This document shows, piece by piece, positions 1-6,873 of a stretch of 11,079 nucleotides of DNA; the stretch's first letter is position 1; each line of letters starts with the position of its first letter. The stretch lies in UHGV virus genome UHGV-0353412. One strand, given 5' to 3'. Under the pieces are notes generated by a model. It had not been told where the DNA came from and did no database searches. It was given only the letters and a program-made list of their open reading frames with translations. Both the position numbers and the translations under genes were made by a program. The stretch comes from a virus.

Positions 1-1062
1 TTTCAGGCCGTTGGGATCTTTCAGTGCATCCAGCCAGTCATAGACAATCTGTACCCAGGTGGTGAACGGACTGTACGCCGTCCAGATATGGAATGTGATG
101 GAGCGCGGCGGCGGAATTTCATTATCCGCGGCGCTGAAAAATGTCAGACCGTCACGAGTCCACATGCCCGTGTTTTCACAGATCCACCGCCCGTTACTCT
201 GGTCAAGCTCAGACTGATGGATCACACAGCCATGATGCTCACAAAGGTAGAAAACACTTTCTGGCTTATTCTTCTCCCACTTAAGACCGAAAGGCGAGGC
301 ATCATCGCCAAATTTCAGATACTGCTCCTCCCCACAGTGCGGACAGGGCACATAAAAACGCATGAAATGTGCCGACTCGTTAGCGGCTTTTTCGATCTGG
401 CAGGAGCCTTTGATTTTAGGCGTCGAGCCGCGAATGGATTTTGGCCATACAGAGCCCTCAATACGTTTATCCCCCAGCAGGGTTGGCGAACCCTCTTTTT
501 CAACATCCGGTTCGAACGAGGAAAGCTCGTCATAACAAACCACATCCACGGATTTTTCACGGTAGTTTTTTGCTGCCGCTCCCCCCAGACACCAGAAACC
601 CACACCGGAGGAAAAACGCTTCAGGGTGAGCGTATTATCGCGGTGTTTTCTTCCGAACCATGGAGCCAGCTCCAGCAACGCAGGAACCTCCCTTATCGTT
701 GGCTCAACATGAGATTTCATAAAATCTTCAGCAGCTGAGTCCGTGGGCTGAAAAAGAAGGCTGTTGCGTGATTTATGCTCAATAAAATAAGCCTCCACTC
801 CCAGCAACATCTTTGTATAACCAACACGGGCAGATTTAATCAGGTTAACAGTGCGAATCAAATCGTTGCCCATACAGTTCATGATGCCAACCTGAAACGG
901 CAGTGTTTCCCACCGCCCCGGGGTATAAGACGACTCTTTAGGAAGGTAATAATGTTTATTGGCCCACTGAACTGTCGTCAGTGGAACAGGAATAATGAGA
1001 GATAAAAGCCCTGTTGCTATCGCACCGGCTGCATTAGCTGCCTTCTGCGCGTCTGAAATCAT
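1..1062 (-). CDS. A: Terminase large subunit (lambda gpA-like), N-terminal 354 codons; 3' end lies beyond the window start
   Basis: Reverse-strand translation from ATG at 1062..1060 is open to position 1 and reads [57 protein letters not shown]...[29 protein letters not shown]...[14 protein letters not shown]...[17 protein letters not shown], which matches lambda gpA as I recall it. Start overlaps the 3' end of Nu1 as in lambda. It is absent from the ORF track because it has no in-window stop. Confidence 0.9.
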   Translation of the reverse strand, partial: MISDAQKAANAAGAIATGLLSLIIPVPLTTVQWANKHYYLPKESSYTPGRWETLPFQVGIMNCMGNDLIRTVNLIKSARVGYTKMLLGVEAYFIEHKSRNSLLFQPTDSAAEDFMKSHVEPTIREVPALLELAPWFGRKHRDNTLTLKRFSSGVGFWCLGGAAAKNYREKSVDVVCYDELSSFEPDVEKEGSPTLLGDKRIEGSVWPKSIRGSTPKIKGSCQIEKAANESAHFMRFYVPCPHCGEEQYLKFGDDASPFGLKWEKNKPESVFYLCEHHGCVIHQSELDQSNGRWICENTGMWTRDGLTFFSAADNEIPPPRSITFHIWTAYSPFTTWVQIVYDWLDALKDPNGLK

Positions 1063-1582
1063 CGATCCACCCGCCCACGTTTTCACCGGCCTTAGCTGAA
1101 ACATTGGAGGCTTTCGCGATTTCAGTTTTCACCACATCAAGGTGTGATGGTGAAATGTCCGGATATTTACGCTGTAATGTCAACGGCACACGCACAAGTA
1201 TCCCCGAAATCTCCTGTGCCACACGTTGCAGAATGAAGGTAAACAGTTCAGTTTCCAGCACTACTCCGTCTTCACGGGCATTTTTCAGTTCCTGCGCATC
1301 TGCCTGCGCTTTTGTGAGCCGGTAGCGTTCATAGTCAATGGTGCCGGGTTGTAAATCTGACTCCGCTGCCGCACGCAAATCGTCCAGTTCTTTGCGGAGC
1401 TTTTCGTTTTCGATATCAGTTTCCCTCTGCGCATACCACTGAATTGCCATGGCAGTATCAAATACAGATTCAATGCCCTTACTACCTTTGGAGGCGCAAG
1501 GGAGTCCCTGAGACTGCCAGCGTTCAATCGTCCGCGGGTCCACGTTGAAAATTTCGGCAAGCCTCTTTTTATTAACCTTCAT
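1034..1582 (-). CDS. nu1: Terminase small subunit (lambda Nu1-like)
   Basis: 182-aa [31 protein letters not shown]...[18 protein letters not shown]...[28 protein letters not shown] is closely similar to lambda Nu1 (MEVNKKQLADIFGASIRTIQNWQEQGMP... from memory). It lies directly downstream of the cos site and overlaps the A start. Confidence 0.93.
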   Translation of the reverse strand: MKVNKKRLAEIFNVDPRTIERWQSQGLPCASKGSKGIESVFDTAMAIQWYAQRETDIENEKLRKELDDLRAAAESDLQPGTIDYERYRLTKAQADAQELKNAREDGVVLETELFTFILQRVAQEISGILVRVPLTLQRKYPDISPSHLDVVKTEIAKASNVSAKAGENVGGWIDDFRRAEGS

Positions 1583-1800
1583 GAAAACAACCCATTATCA
1601 AATACAAGGCCCGACATGAAAACGCCAGAAAAAGGCATTTTCGGACACTTTCATGTCGGACCTTTACGGATGCAATATTAAAAAAAACAAAAAGTTATAT
1701 TCGAGAAGTACCGACACGATTTTCCCTGAAAAATTTTCATAAATAGTGAAAAACCGCGAGGTCGCCGCCCCGTAACGATCTGGATCACCGGAAAGGACCC
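1583..1800 (-). other. cos site: cosN with lambda-type 12-nt cohesive end (AGGTCGCCGCCC on plus strand at 1759..1770), cosB between cosN and Nu1, cosQ-like sequence at 1771..1800
   Basis: Reverse complement of 1737..1770 reads GGGCGGCGACCTCGCGGTTTTTCACTATTTATGAAAATTTTT, near-identical to the lambda left end GGGCGGCGACCTCGCGGGTTTTCGCTATTTATGAAAATTTTC. Reverse complement of 1771..1801 reads CGGGTCCTTTCCGGTGATCCAGATCGTTACG, matching the lambda right end. cosB (1583..1750) diverges from lambda and carries an inverted repeat CCGACATGAAA (1611..1621) / TTTCATGTCGG (1649..1659). Confidence 0.85.
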
Positions 1801-1993
1801 GCCAACGACTTTCGCGTGCAGGCATTAAAAATTTTGCAGTTCCATGCCTAGTTGAAACCTCGATTTCTATAACATCCAATTTTGTAAATTTAGATATAGC
1901 TCAACTTTTCCCAATGTTTTCAAGTGTATAAAAACAATTGGCGTTACGCCATAACACTATACTTAGGATAAGTAAAGATTTTAAGGAGTTTTA

Positions 1994-3061
1994 ATGAGTC
2001 AACATCAATATTATCCACAGCTGAAATGGAAGCCTGCTGAATATGAATCTCTGATGCTTTTAGATCAAACTACGCTCTCTGGTTTTACTCCGATCATTAC
2101 CATTCCAGACATAGACTGGGATTATGAAAACGAATGCTACAAGAAGAATTTGAGTTCTTACTTATCTGACTTCGGTATTAACCTTGCGGCATCCTGGAAA
2201 GCCAATCGTCCTGTTTTGCTGGATGTTAAATATTTAGATAAACATGGTTCGAGCCGCCATCATCCTCTAGATATGTGTATCCAAGATGCTAGAGTAAATG
2301 GTAAGGAAATTATCCCTGTTGTTTCTCCCGCATATTCAACAAACTATATACATGCTGTTCAACGCAACTTAATCAATGGGCTCGCTATATCTATCACCCC
2401 CCAGACATGGCACCAATTCACAAGTCTGGTTAACCACTTAAATATTCATCCTAGTTTAATTGATGTAATCATTGATTTTGGAGATATTCAAAACGCAACT
2501 GATAGTTTAAAACAACAAGCATTAAGCATGGTCAACACATTATCAGGCCAAGCTCCGTGGAGAAACTTGATTTTATCTTCAACCGCATACCCGGCATCAC
2601 AGGCAGGGATACCGCAACATCAAGTTCATCATATTCCGCGCCATGAATACGATCTTTGGATGTACGTAGTACAGAATTTTAGCAATGGAAGAACGCCAAG
2701 TTTTAGTGATTATCCCACCGCTAGCTCTACCATTACGAGCGTAGACCCACGCTTCATGTCTCAGTATGTCTCAGTGAGATATTCGAACGATACCTCATGG
2801 ATCTTTGTAAAAGGTACCGCAGTTAAAGGAAATGGATGGGGCCAAACTAAAAACTTATGTACTACCCTTGTTAGTTCGCCAGAGTATCAAGTCTTTGGCT
2901 CCAAATTTAGTTGGGGGGATGATTACATTTACCAAAGATCATTAGGCGCTAACAAATCTGGCGGCTCTAAAGAATGGCGTAAAGTTGCACATACGCACCA
3001 TATTACGTTAGTCGTGAGACAGCTTTATTGGTTGGCGCAGACTCAGCCTGCCAAGCCTTAA
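1994..3061 (+). CDS. Hypothetical 355-aa protein of the AT-rich cassette; possible 'beta protein / sce7725-like' family member (unverified), candidate defence component
   Basis: Uninterrupted 355-codon ORF with a strong SD (AAGGAG, 5-nt spacer, ATG at 1994) and an AT-rich upstream region containing TG-TATAAA at 1925..1932. About 37% GC in sampled 60-nt lines versus about 57% in a sampled line of the Rz gene. It is the only sizeable plus-strand gene in an otherwise minus-strand prophage. N-terminal YYPQLKWKPAEYESL resembles what I recall of beta/sce7725-family N-termini, but I cannot confirm this without an HMM search. Confidence 0.8.
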   Translation: MSQHQYYPQLKWKPAEYESLMLLDQTTLSGFTPIITIPDIDWDYENECYKKNLSSYLSDFGINLAASWKANRPVLLDVKYLDKHGSSRHHPLDMCIQDARVNGKEIIPVVSPAYSTNYIHAVQRNLINGLAISITPQTWHQFTSLVNHLNIHPSLIDVIIDFGDIQNATDSLKQQALSMVNTLSGQAPWRNLILSSTAYPASQAGIPQHQVHHIPRHEYDLWMYVVQNFSNGRTPSFSDYPTASSTITSVDPRFMSQYVSVRYSNDTSWIFVKGTAVKGNGWGQTKNLCTTLVSSPEYQVFGSKFSWGDDYIYQRSLGANKSGGSKEWRKVAHTHHITLVVRQLYWLAQTQPAKP

Positions 3062-3623
3062 CTTTCCAGCCTACGCGTTTCTTTAAGGCTGTTCTGACTT
3101 CAGGCCTGAGATTCGCTATTGGAATATTTTCCGCAATAATATTCCATAACTCAAATCGGGGCTTGCTTTTGATTCCTTTGGAATAGCCCCATCGTTCAAG
3201 TACGTCGATACATTCATCTTTCCAAAGCAATTGAGCGAGCATCAATGTGTCATGGTTTCGATTAAGCTTTTCTCCACGCATGTGCTTTATAAGAATGGCG
3301 CCTTTTGGCCCAACAGAAACCGTTTTAACGCCCCACCAACCTGGGATTAACTTTAATGCTCCCTCAAGGTGTTTCTCAGCTACGACAAGAGTAACCTTGT
3401 CCATTACAGAAGAATAATGCTTGATTTGAAGAGGCAAACGCTCCAAAGAGTCATATTCACTTTTGAGCTCGTACCCGTGTATAACACCATTTATTACAGC
3501 AATGTCTGCTCTACTGGCGCCAAGGGATATGGAAAATTCATCGACCACAAGGCAGTCTGGATCTAAATGCGATTCTTTCAAAAGCTTATGATGCACCGCG
3601 AACCTAACATCTTGATCTTTCAT
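3003..3623 (-). CDS. PD-(D/E)xK nuclease-fold protein, 206 aa (possibly sce7726-like); candidate effector of the cassette
   Basis: ORF with SD GGAGGGAGTAAGGAG upstream of ATG at 3623. The translation carries a canonical PD-(D/E)xK signature: E17 and D28/E29, then SRADIAVING (D40, codon 3504..3506), then GYELKS (E52 at 3468..3470, K54 at 3462..3464), followed by LPLQIKHY. Convergent with the 355-aa gene and overlapping it by 59 nt at the 3' ends. Confidence 0.85.
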   Translation of the reverse strand: MKDQDVRFAVHHKLLKESHLDPDCLVVDEFSISLGASRADIAVINGVIHGYELKSEYDSLERLPLQIKHYSSVMDKVTLVVAEKHLEGALKLIPGWWGVKTVSVGPKGAILIKHMRGEKLNRNHDTLMLAQLLWKDECIDVLERWGYSKGIKSKPRFELWNIIAENIPIANLRPEVRTALKKRVGWKVKAWQAESAPTNKAVSRLT

Positions 3624-3651
3624 GACTTCTCCTTACTCCCTCCGTTATTGA

Positions 3652-3680
3652 ATTATAGCGCACTGCATTTTACTGCATTT
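3652..3680 (-). promoter_or_regulatory. Putative promoter and operator for the nuclease gene: perfect -10 TATAAT (minus strand; plus 3652..3657) flanked upstream by two tandem 9-bp direct repeats (plus-strand ACTGCATTT at 3662..3670 and 3672..3680)
   Basis: Minus-strand sequence reads AAATGCAGTAAAATGCAGTGCGCTATAATTCAATAACGGAGGGAGTAAGGAGAAGATG. The -10 hexamer is consensus, but no good -35 is present; the direct repeats have a 10-bp period and occupy the -35 position, which suggests activator or repressor binding. Confidence 0.4.
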
Positions 3681-3969
3681 GAGAGATTTGACCACTTCAA
3701 TCACAAAATGCTTATCTGCAGCAACAAGATTCATAGCCATACGACTATGGTGATTACCTTTTGTCTGGAAAAATGACCATTCCACGAAGATCAGATAGGT
3801 CTATAGAATCTTGGTTTGTCATAGCGTTCGTCTTACTTTGAGATGAACCTTTGCTGCATAGGAGATCAGCCCGTCAAGGCTCACCAGCACTAACTGACTA
3901 CTCAAAGGCTCATTCCAAAGGGTTTGGTTCGACGTGGTTGAGTGCGCTGCGGTGCGCGGTGAAATACCT

Positions 3970-4002
3970 GTACAAAAATGCCCCGCATCTGCGAGGCATT
4001 TT
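3970..4002 (-). terminator. Rho-independent terminator downstream of Rz/Rz1 (end of the late lysis operon)
   Basis: Minus-strand hairpin AAAATGCCTCGCAGATGCGGGGCATTTT (stem arms AAAATGCC / GGCATTTT with a GC-rich inner extension) followed by TTTTTG, about 40 nt past the Rz stop at 4040. Confidence 0.6.
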
Positions 4003-4039
4003 CCTGAAAGTCACGTATTAAATTTCAGTGAAATTAAAA

Positions 4040-4513
4040 TTATTTTAAGCACTGCGTCCTGATGTACTCCTGCAGGTAGTTGACCTGAGCGGTTAACTTG
4101 TCGATTCCACTTCGGAGACGGTAATAATTGAGTTCAGCATCTGCTGTAAGTCTTGGGCTTTCTCCATCGCCCATGCTGCTGGCTCCGGTCGTTGACTTTG
4201 CACAGGTGGCGGCGACTTGCAGGCGCTTACGCCCAGCAGAAACATCAGCACGAAGACTTTCGATAGTCGCGTTAGCATCAGCAAGCTCCTTTGTGTATCT
4301 GGCGTCGAGTTCTGCTACATCACGCTGACGCATCTGCATGTCAGTAATTGCCACGTTCGCCAGCTTCAGTTCTCTGGCATTTTTGTCGCGCTGGGCTTTG
4401 TAGGTAATGGCGTTATCGCGGTAATGATTAACAGCCCATGACAGGCAGACGATGGTGCAGATAACCAGAGTATAAATAATCGCTGCGACTCTGCTCACTG
4501 ATCTATCCCCCAA
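4040..4513 (-). CDS. Rz: Rz i-spanin (inner-membrane spanin subunit)
   Basis: 157-aa ORF with an N-terminal TM segment ([71 protein letters not shown]...) that is highly similar to lambda Rz as I recall it. Sits directly downstream of the endolysin. Confidence 0.93.
   Translation of the reverse strand: MGDRSVSRVAAIIYTLVICTIVCLSWAVNHYRDNAITYKAQRDKNARELKLANVAITDMQMRQRDVAELDARYTKELADANATIESLRADVSAGRKRLQVAATCAKSTTGASSMGDGESPRLTADAELNYYRLRSGIDKLTAQVNYLQEYIRTQCLK
4093..4284 (-). CDS. Rz1: Rz1 o-spanin (outer-membrane lipoprotein spanin subunit), embedded in Rz in an alternative frame
   Basis: 63-aa ORF wholly inside Rz: [22 protein letters not shown] has a lipoprotein signal and lipobox (VSAC), followed by a proline-rich mature region ([16 protein letters not shown]). 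This is the classic Rz/Rz1 embedded architecture. Confidence 0.85.
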   Translation of the reverse strand: MLMLTRLSKVFVLMFLLGVSACKSPPPVQSQRPEPAAWAMEKAQDLQQMLNSIITVSEVESTS

Positions 4514-5028
4514 CAGGCTAATGCGCTTTCCTGGTCACGACGAATAACCTGTCCATAGCAGTTATTTGAACGTATGCGGCAATCGCGCCCACCATCTTTT
4601 ATCCACCAGCGAATCGCCTCGCATGCGCCCTTACGATCACCGGCATTCAGCCGCTTATAAAACGTCGACGGGAAACACTTACCGGGGCCAATGTTATAGG
4701 GACATAATGACGCTATACCCGCTTTCTGTGGTTCGGTCAGTGGTACTTTAATATTGCGCTCCACCCATGCCAGCGCCTTATCACGTTCAATAGCGTTAAC
4801 CTGGTCGCATTCTTCCTTCGACAGCTTCATTCCCGGTATGACGGGCTTACCATCCACCATTGTGGCACCACGACAGATGGTCCATATACCGGAACCATCG
4901 CGGTATGCCGTAGTGTGGTTACCCTCTTTTTCATCCAGAAACTGGTCAAGTATTTGAGGAGCAGACGCGCCTGCAGCAATCAGCGCCAGAACAGCAGCTG
5001 ACAGGCCGTATTTGATTTTTGCGCTCAT
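4495..5028 (-). CDS. R: SAR endolysin (phage 21 R21-like lysozyme, T4-lysozyme/GH24 family)
   Basis: 177-aa ORF with an N-terminal Gly/Ala-rich signal-anchor-release segment ([17 protein letters not shown]) and the catalytic region [25 protein letters not shown] (E-D-T triad pattern of R21). Same length as K-12 RrrQ as I recall it. Confidence 0.93.
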   Translation of the reverse strand: MSAKIKYGLSAAVLALIAAGASAPQILDQFLDEKEGNHTTAYRDGSGIWTICRGATMVDGKPVIPGMKLSKEECDQVNAIERDKALAWVERNIKVPLTEPQKAGIASLCPYNIGPGKCFPSTFYKRLNAGDRKGACEAIRWWIKDGGRDCRIRSNNCYGQVIRRDQESALACWGIDQ

Positions 5029-5083
5029 GGATATTTATCAGGATGCTACCAATGAAAGATACTGGAAAGCCAACTGCAAAAAG

Positions 5084-5398
5084 CTAACAACCCGTAATCG
5101 AGTTATCAGAACTGTTAATTTTTATGGTATACCGCGCCTCTGAACAGGGGCGCGTTTCTGGCAACAGCTCGTCCCCTTCACATAACCCGGCAGCAACATC
5201 CAGGAAGACCTGTCTGATGCTCCTTCTGGCTGCTGCCTCATAAAACTCCAGCGCGGCACCTTCAACACGGTCCAGCGAGATGTCCAGGTCAAAAATTTCA
5301 CCGTCAAAGCGTTTTTTGTCCCGTAACGCTAAAGTTACCGTAACTTTATTCTCAAAATTGCGGATCCCTTTCACAATCAGTTCATATTTTTGAGTCAT
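5084..5398 (-). CDS. DUF1327-family protein (YdfR-like), function unknown, placed between holin and endolysin
   Basis: 104-aa ORF in the same position and of the same size as ydfR between essQ and rrrQ in the K-12 Qin prophage (from memory). No signal peptide or catalytic motif recognised. The family name is recalled, not verified. Confidence 0.7.
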   Translation of the reverse strand: MTQKYELIVKGIRNFENKVTVTLALRDKKRFDGEIFDLDISLDRVEGAALEFYEAAARRSIRQVFLDVAAGLCEGDELLPETRPCSEARYTIKINSSDNSITGC

Positions 5399-5402
5399 TG
5401 AA

Positions 5403-5618
5403 TTACTCTCCCCGTGCAGCCTTACGCTTGTCTTCTTTAATCTTGAAATAAAGGTTTGTCAGGTACGTCAGCAGGCCAAATACCAGGCTACCCAGCACAC
5501 CTATTGCTGCCCACTGTGAGGGCGTGACTTTATCGAGCAGCTGTAAAAACCAGTAGCCAGCACTGCCTGCGGAGGTGCCGTAGGCAATGCCTGTTGAAAT
5601 TTTGTCCATGGATTTCAT
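5403..5618 (-). CDS. S: Pinholin S21-type holin/antiholin with dual-start motif (MKSMDK)
   Basis: Translation [71 protein letters not shown] is near-identical to phage 21 S21 as I recall it. ATG at 5618 gives the 71-aa antiholin form and ATG at 5609 the 68-aa holin form. SD GGAGGTGAGG lies upstream of 5618. The track's 90-aa extension to 5675 was not used. Confidence 0.9.
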   Translation of the reverse strand: MKSMDKISTGIAYGTSAGSAGYWFLQLLDKVTPSQWAAIGVLGSLVFGLLTYLTNLYFKIKEDKRKAARGE

Positions 5619-5720
5619 AACCTCACCTCCGCACGGAACGGATGGCATAGTTGTTATGTGTAGGCTTCCAGACACATCAATCAGAGCCTTAATTGATATA
5701 TATGCTGGAGACGATGCAAT

Positions 5721-5744
5721 ATAAAAAGCTCGCCGTAGCGAGCT
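5721..5744 (-). terminator. Putative rho-independent terminator downstream of the lipoprotein moron genes
   Basis: Minus-strand hairpin AGCTCGC-TACG-GCGAGCT (7-bp stem, plus 5727..5744) followed by TTTTTAT, between the lipoprotein gene (ends 5870) and the holin start (5618). Confidence 0.5.
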
Positions 5745-5869
5745 AATAAAATGTATTTCTCTGATATTATGTTTATTTGTATTAGCTCAGACTTGACATC
5801 ACAGGTTTCGTATATAGAACATCATCAAATCTGTCAGTTTGCTATGAATGAGATATAGTAATTGAAGAG

Positions 5870-6265
5870 CTAACCTCGCATGTCAAAGCCAGATTTCTGA
5901 AAATCTCTGTAGACTTCCGGATTGTTGAAGGCCGGAAATTTGGCTTTATGAGCTGCGGACTTTATCGCTTCGCAATAGGCTTTATCACCGTTACTGGTAG
6001 ATATTTTTAACGCCGTGCCATCCTGAGAGAATTCCATATGCAACCTGCATTTTTTCCCTTTCCAGTTATGCGGCTCATCAAGTTTGGCATTAATTGCAGC
6101 TCTGATTCCCCGCGCTTGCGCCCCCCATTCATCCTGATCATCCCAGCGTCCTGAACTGCAACTACCTGTAGCAGTAGTTTTGTGGCAATCTGAAGGGTGT
6201 AAAGGTGTGCATCCCGCAACAAAACCGACCCAAAAAGTCAACATAACGATTTTCTTTAATCCCAC
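5870..6265 (-). CDS. Lipoprotein with a divergent TolA domain-III-like C-terminal domain (moron)
   Basis: 131-aa ORF with GTG start at 6265 preceded by SD GAGGAG. Signal peptide with lipobox (MGLKKIVMLTFWVGFVAGC). The C-terminal KGKKCRLHMEFSQDGTALKISTSNGDKAYCEAIKSAAHKAKFPAFNNPEVYRDFQKS is paralogous to the C-terminus of the adjacent 142-aa lipoprotein and shares its TolA-III-like pattern. Confidence 0.8.
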   Translation of the reverse strand: MGLKKIVMLTFWVGFVAGCTPLHPSDCHKTTATGSCSSGRWDDQDEWGAQARGIRAAINAKLDEPHNWKGKKCRLHMEFSQDGTALKISTSNGDKAYCEAIKSAAHKAKFPAFNNPEVYRDFQKSGFDMRG

Positions 6266-6415
6266 TTCTTGCTCCTCAATCCATTAAAATCTCAGCAATA
6301 GTAGTTGTTACGTCCGCCACTGGCTCAGAGCTGACTATCCGCTAAATTTAGCTCAGTGCCGTAGTTGTGTCAGAACAAACCTAAGCCGAAACCGTTTATT
6401 ACAAAACAATAAATA

Positions 6416-6844
6416 TCAGGGTTTAAAATCCAGCACCCCATTTTGAAATACTTTATATACTTCCGGCGAAGGGGGGGCAGGTATATCAGCATTCTTTATC
6501 GCATTCATCGCTTCACGACATAAATCGAGGTCTCCACTTTCTCTTTTAACCTCCAGTAGAAGGCCATTCGGGGCCATATGCATTCTCAGTGTACACTCTT
6601 TTCCTGAATACTTACTCGCATCCCCGAACTGTTTTTCGATGGCGCTCTTGATTTGATGGGCATACAGACGGATATCCTCACTAACATCAGAAGTACGTTC
6701 AGATGAACTCACATACTGTGTCTCTATTGCTTTATCGGAGTAATATGATGTACGGTCATGATAATTTGTCGATACAGCATCAGTGCACCCGATAATAATC
6801 CCACTAATAATCAACGTAAGAATTGATGCGCTACGAAAACCCAT
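6416..6844 (-). CDS. Lipoprotein with a TolA C-terminal domain (domain III)-like fold (moron)
   Basis: 142-aa ORF with SD GAGGAAAA before ATG at 6844 and lipobox IIGC. The C-terminal YAHQIKSAIEKQFGDASKYSGKECTLRMHMAPNGLLLEVKRESGDLDLCREAMNAIKNADIPAPPSPEVYKVFQNGVLDFKP aligns along its length with the E. coli TolA C-terminus as I recall it (YAGQIKSAIESKFYDASSYAGKTCTLRIKLAPDGMLLDIKPEGGDPALCQAALAAAKLAKIPKPPSQAVYEVFKNAPLDFKP). Confidence 0.85.
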   Translation of the reverse strand: MGFRSASILTLIISGIIIGCTDAVSTNYHDRTSYYSDKAIETQYVSSSERTSDVSEDIRLYAHQIKSAIEKQFGDASKYSGKECTLRMHMAPNGLLLEVKRESGDLDLCREAMNAIKNADIPAPPSPEVYKVFQNGVLDFKP

Positions 6845-6873
6845 TTTTCCTCACATATGTCATATAGTAAAGG

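Noticed and set aside
315-605. 96-aa minus-strand ORF
   Set aside because: It is out of frame with terminase A on the same strand; the A frame is open across this whole interval and is the one with homology.
88-738. 216-aa plus-strand ORF in the track
   Set aside because: It lies entirely antisense to the terminase A coding frame, which has a clear lambda gpA match. Its translation is low-complexity and Arg/Phe-rich, with no SD; it is a shadow ORF.
1664-1879. 71-aa minus-strand ORF
   Set aside because: It spans cosN, cosQ and the cosB repeats; this region is a conserved non-coding packaging site.
1994-3623. Possibility that the cassette is a type II restriction-modification system (nuclease plus methyltransferase)
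   Set aside because: The 355-aa protein shows no AdoMet-binding (FxGxG) or catalytic (D/N/S)PP(Y/F) methyltransferase motifs on reading, and the PD-(D/E)xK protein is small with no obvious partner methylase elsewhere in the window.
3567-3776. 69-aa plus-strand ORF
   Set aside because: It overlaps the 5' end, SD and promoter of the nuclease gene on the other strand; its composition is hydrophobic and His-rich and it has no SD.
4128-4441. Plus-strand ORFs of 66 and 74 aa inside Rz
   Set aside because: They are antisense to the Rz/Rz1 coding region, which has strong homology support.
5122-5307. 61-aa minus-strand ORF inside the DUF1327 gene
   Set aside because: It is an alternative frame within a longer ORF and has no independent signals.
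5403-5675. Extended 90-aa version of the holin starting at ATG 5675
   Set aside because: The S21-family dual-start motif MKSMDK and the SD GGAGGTGAGG place the real starts at 5618 and 5609; the upstream extension would add a non-conserved N-terminus.
6007-6222. 71-aa minus-strand ORF inside the 131-aa lipoprotein gene
   Set aside because: It is an alternative frame; the lipoprotein frame has the signal peptide, lipobox and paralogy to the neighbouring gene.
6266-6415. tRNA-like fragments (TAGCTCAG, repeated GTAGTTGT) between the two lipoprotein genes
   Set aside because: No complete cloverleaf can be drawn (no T-arm or anticodon stem); most likely chance similarity or a decayed remnant.
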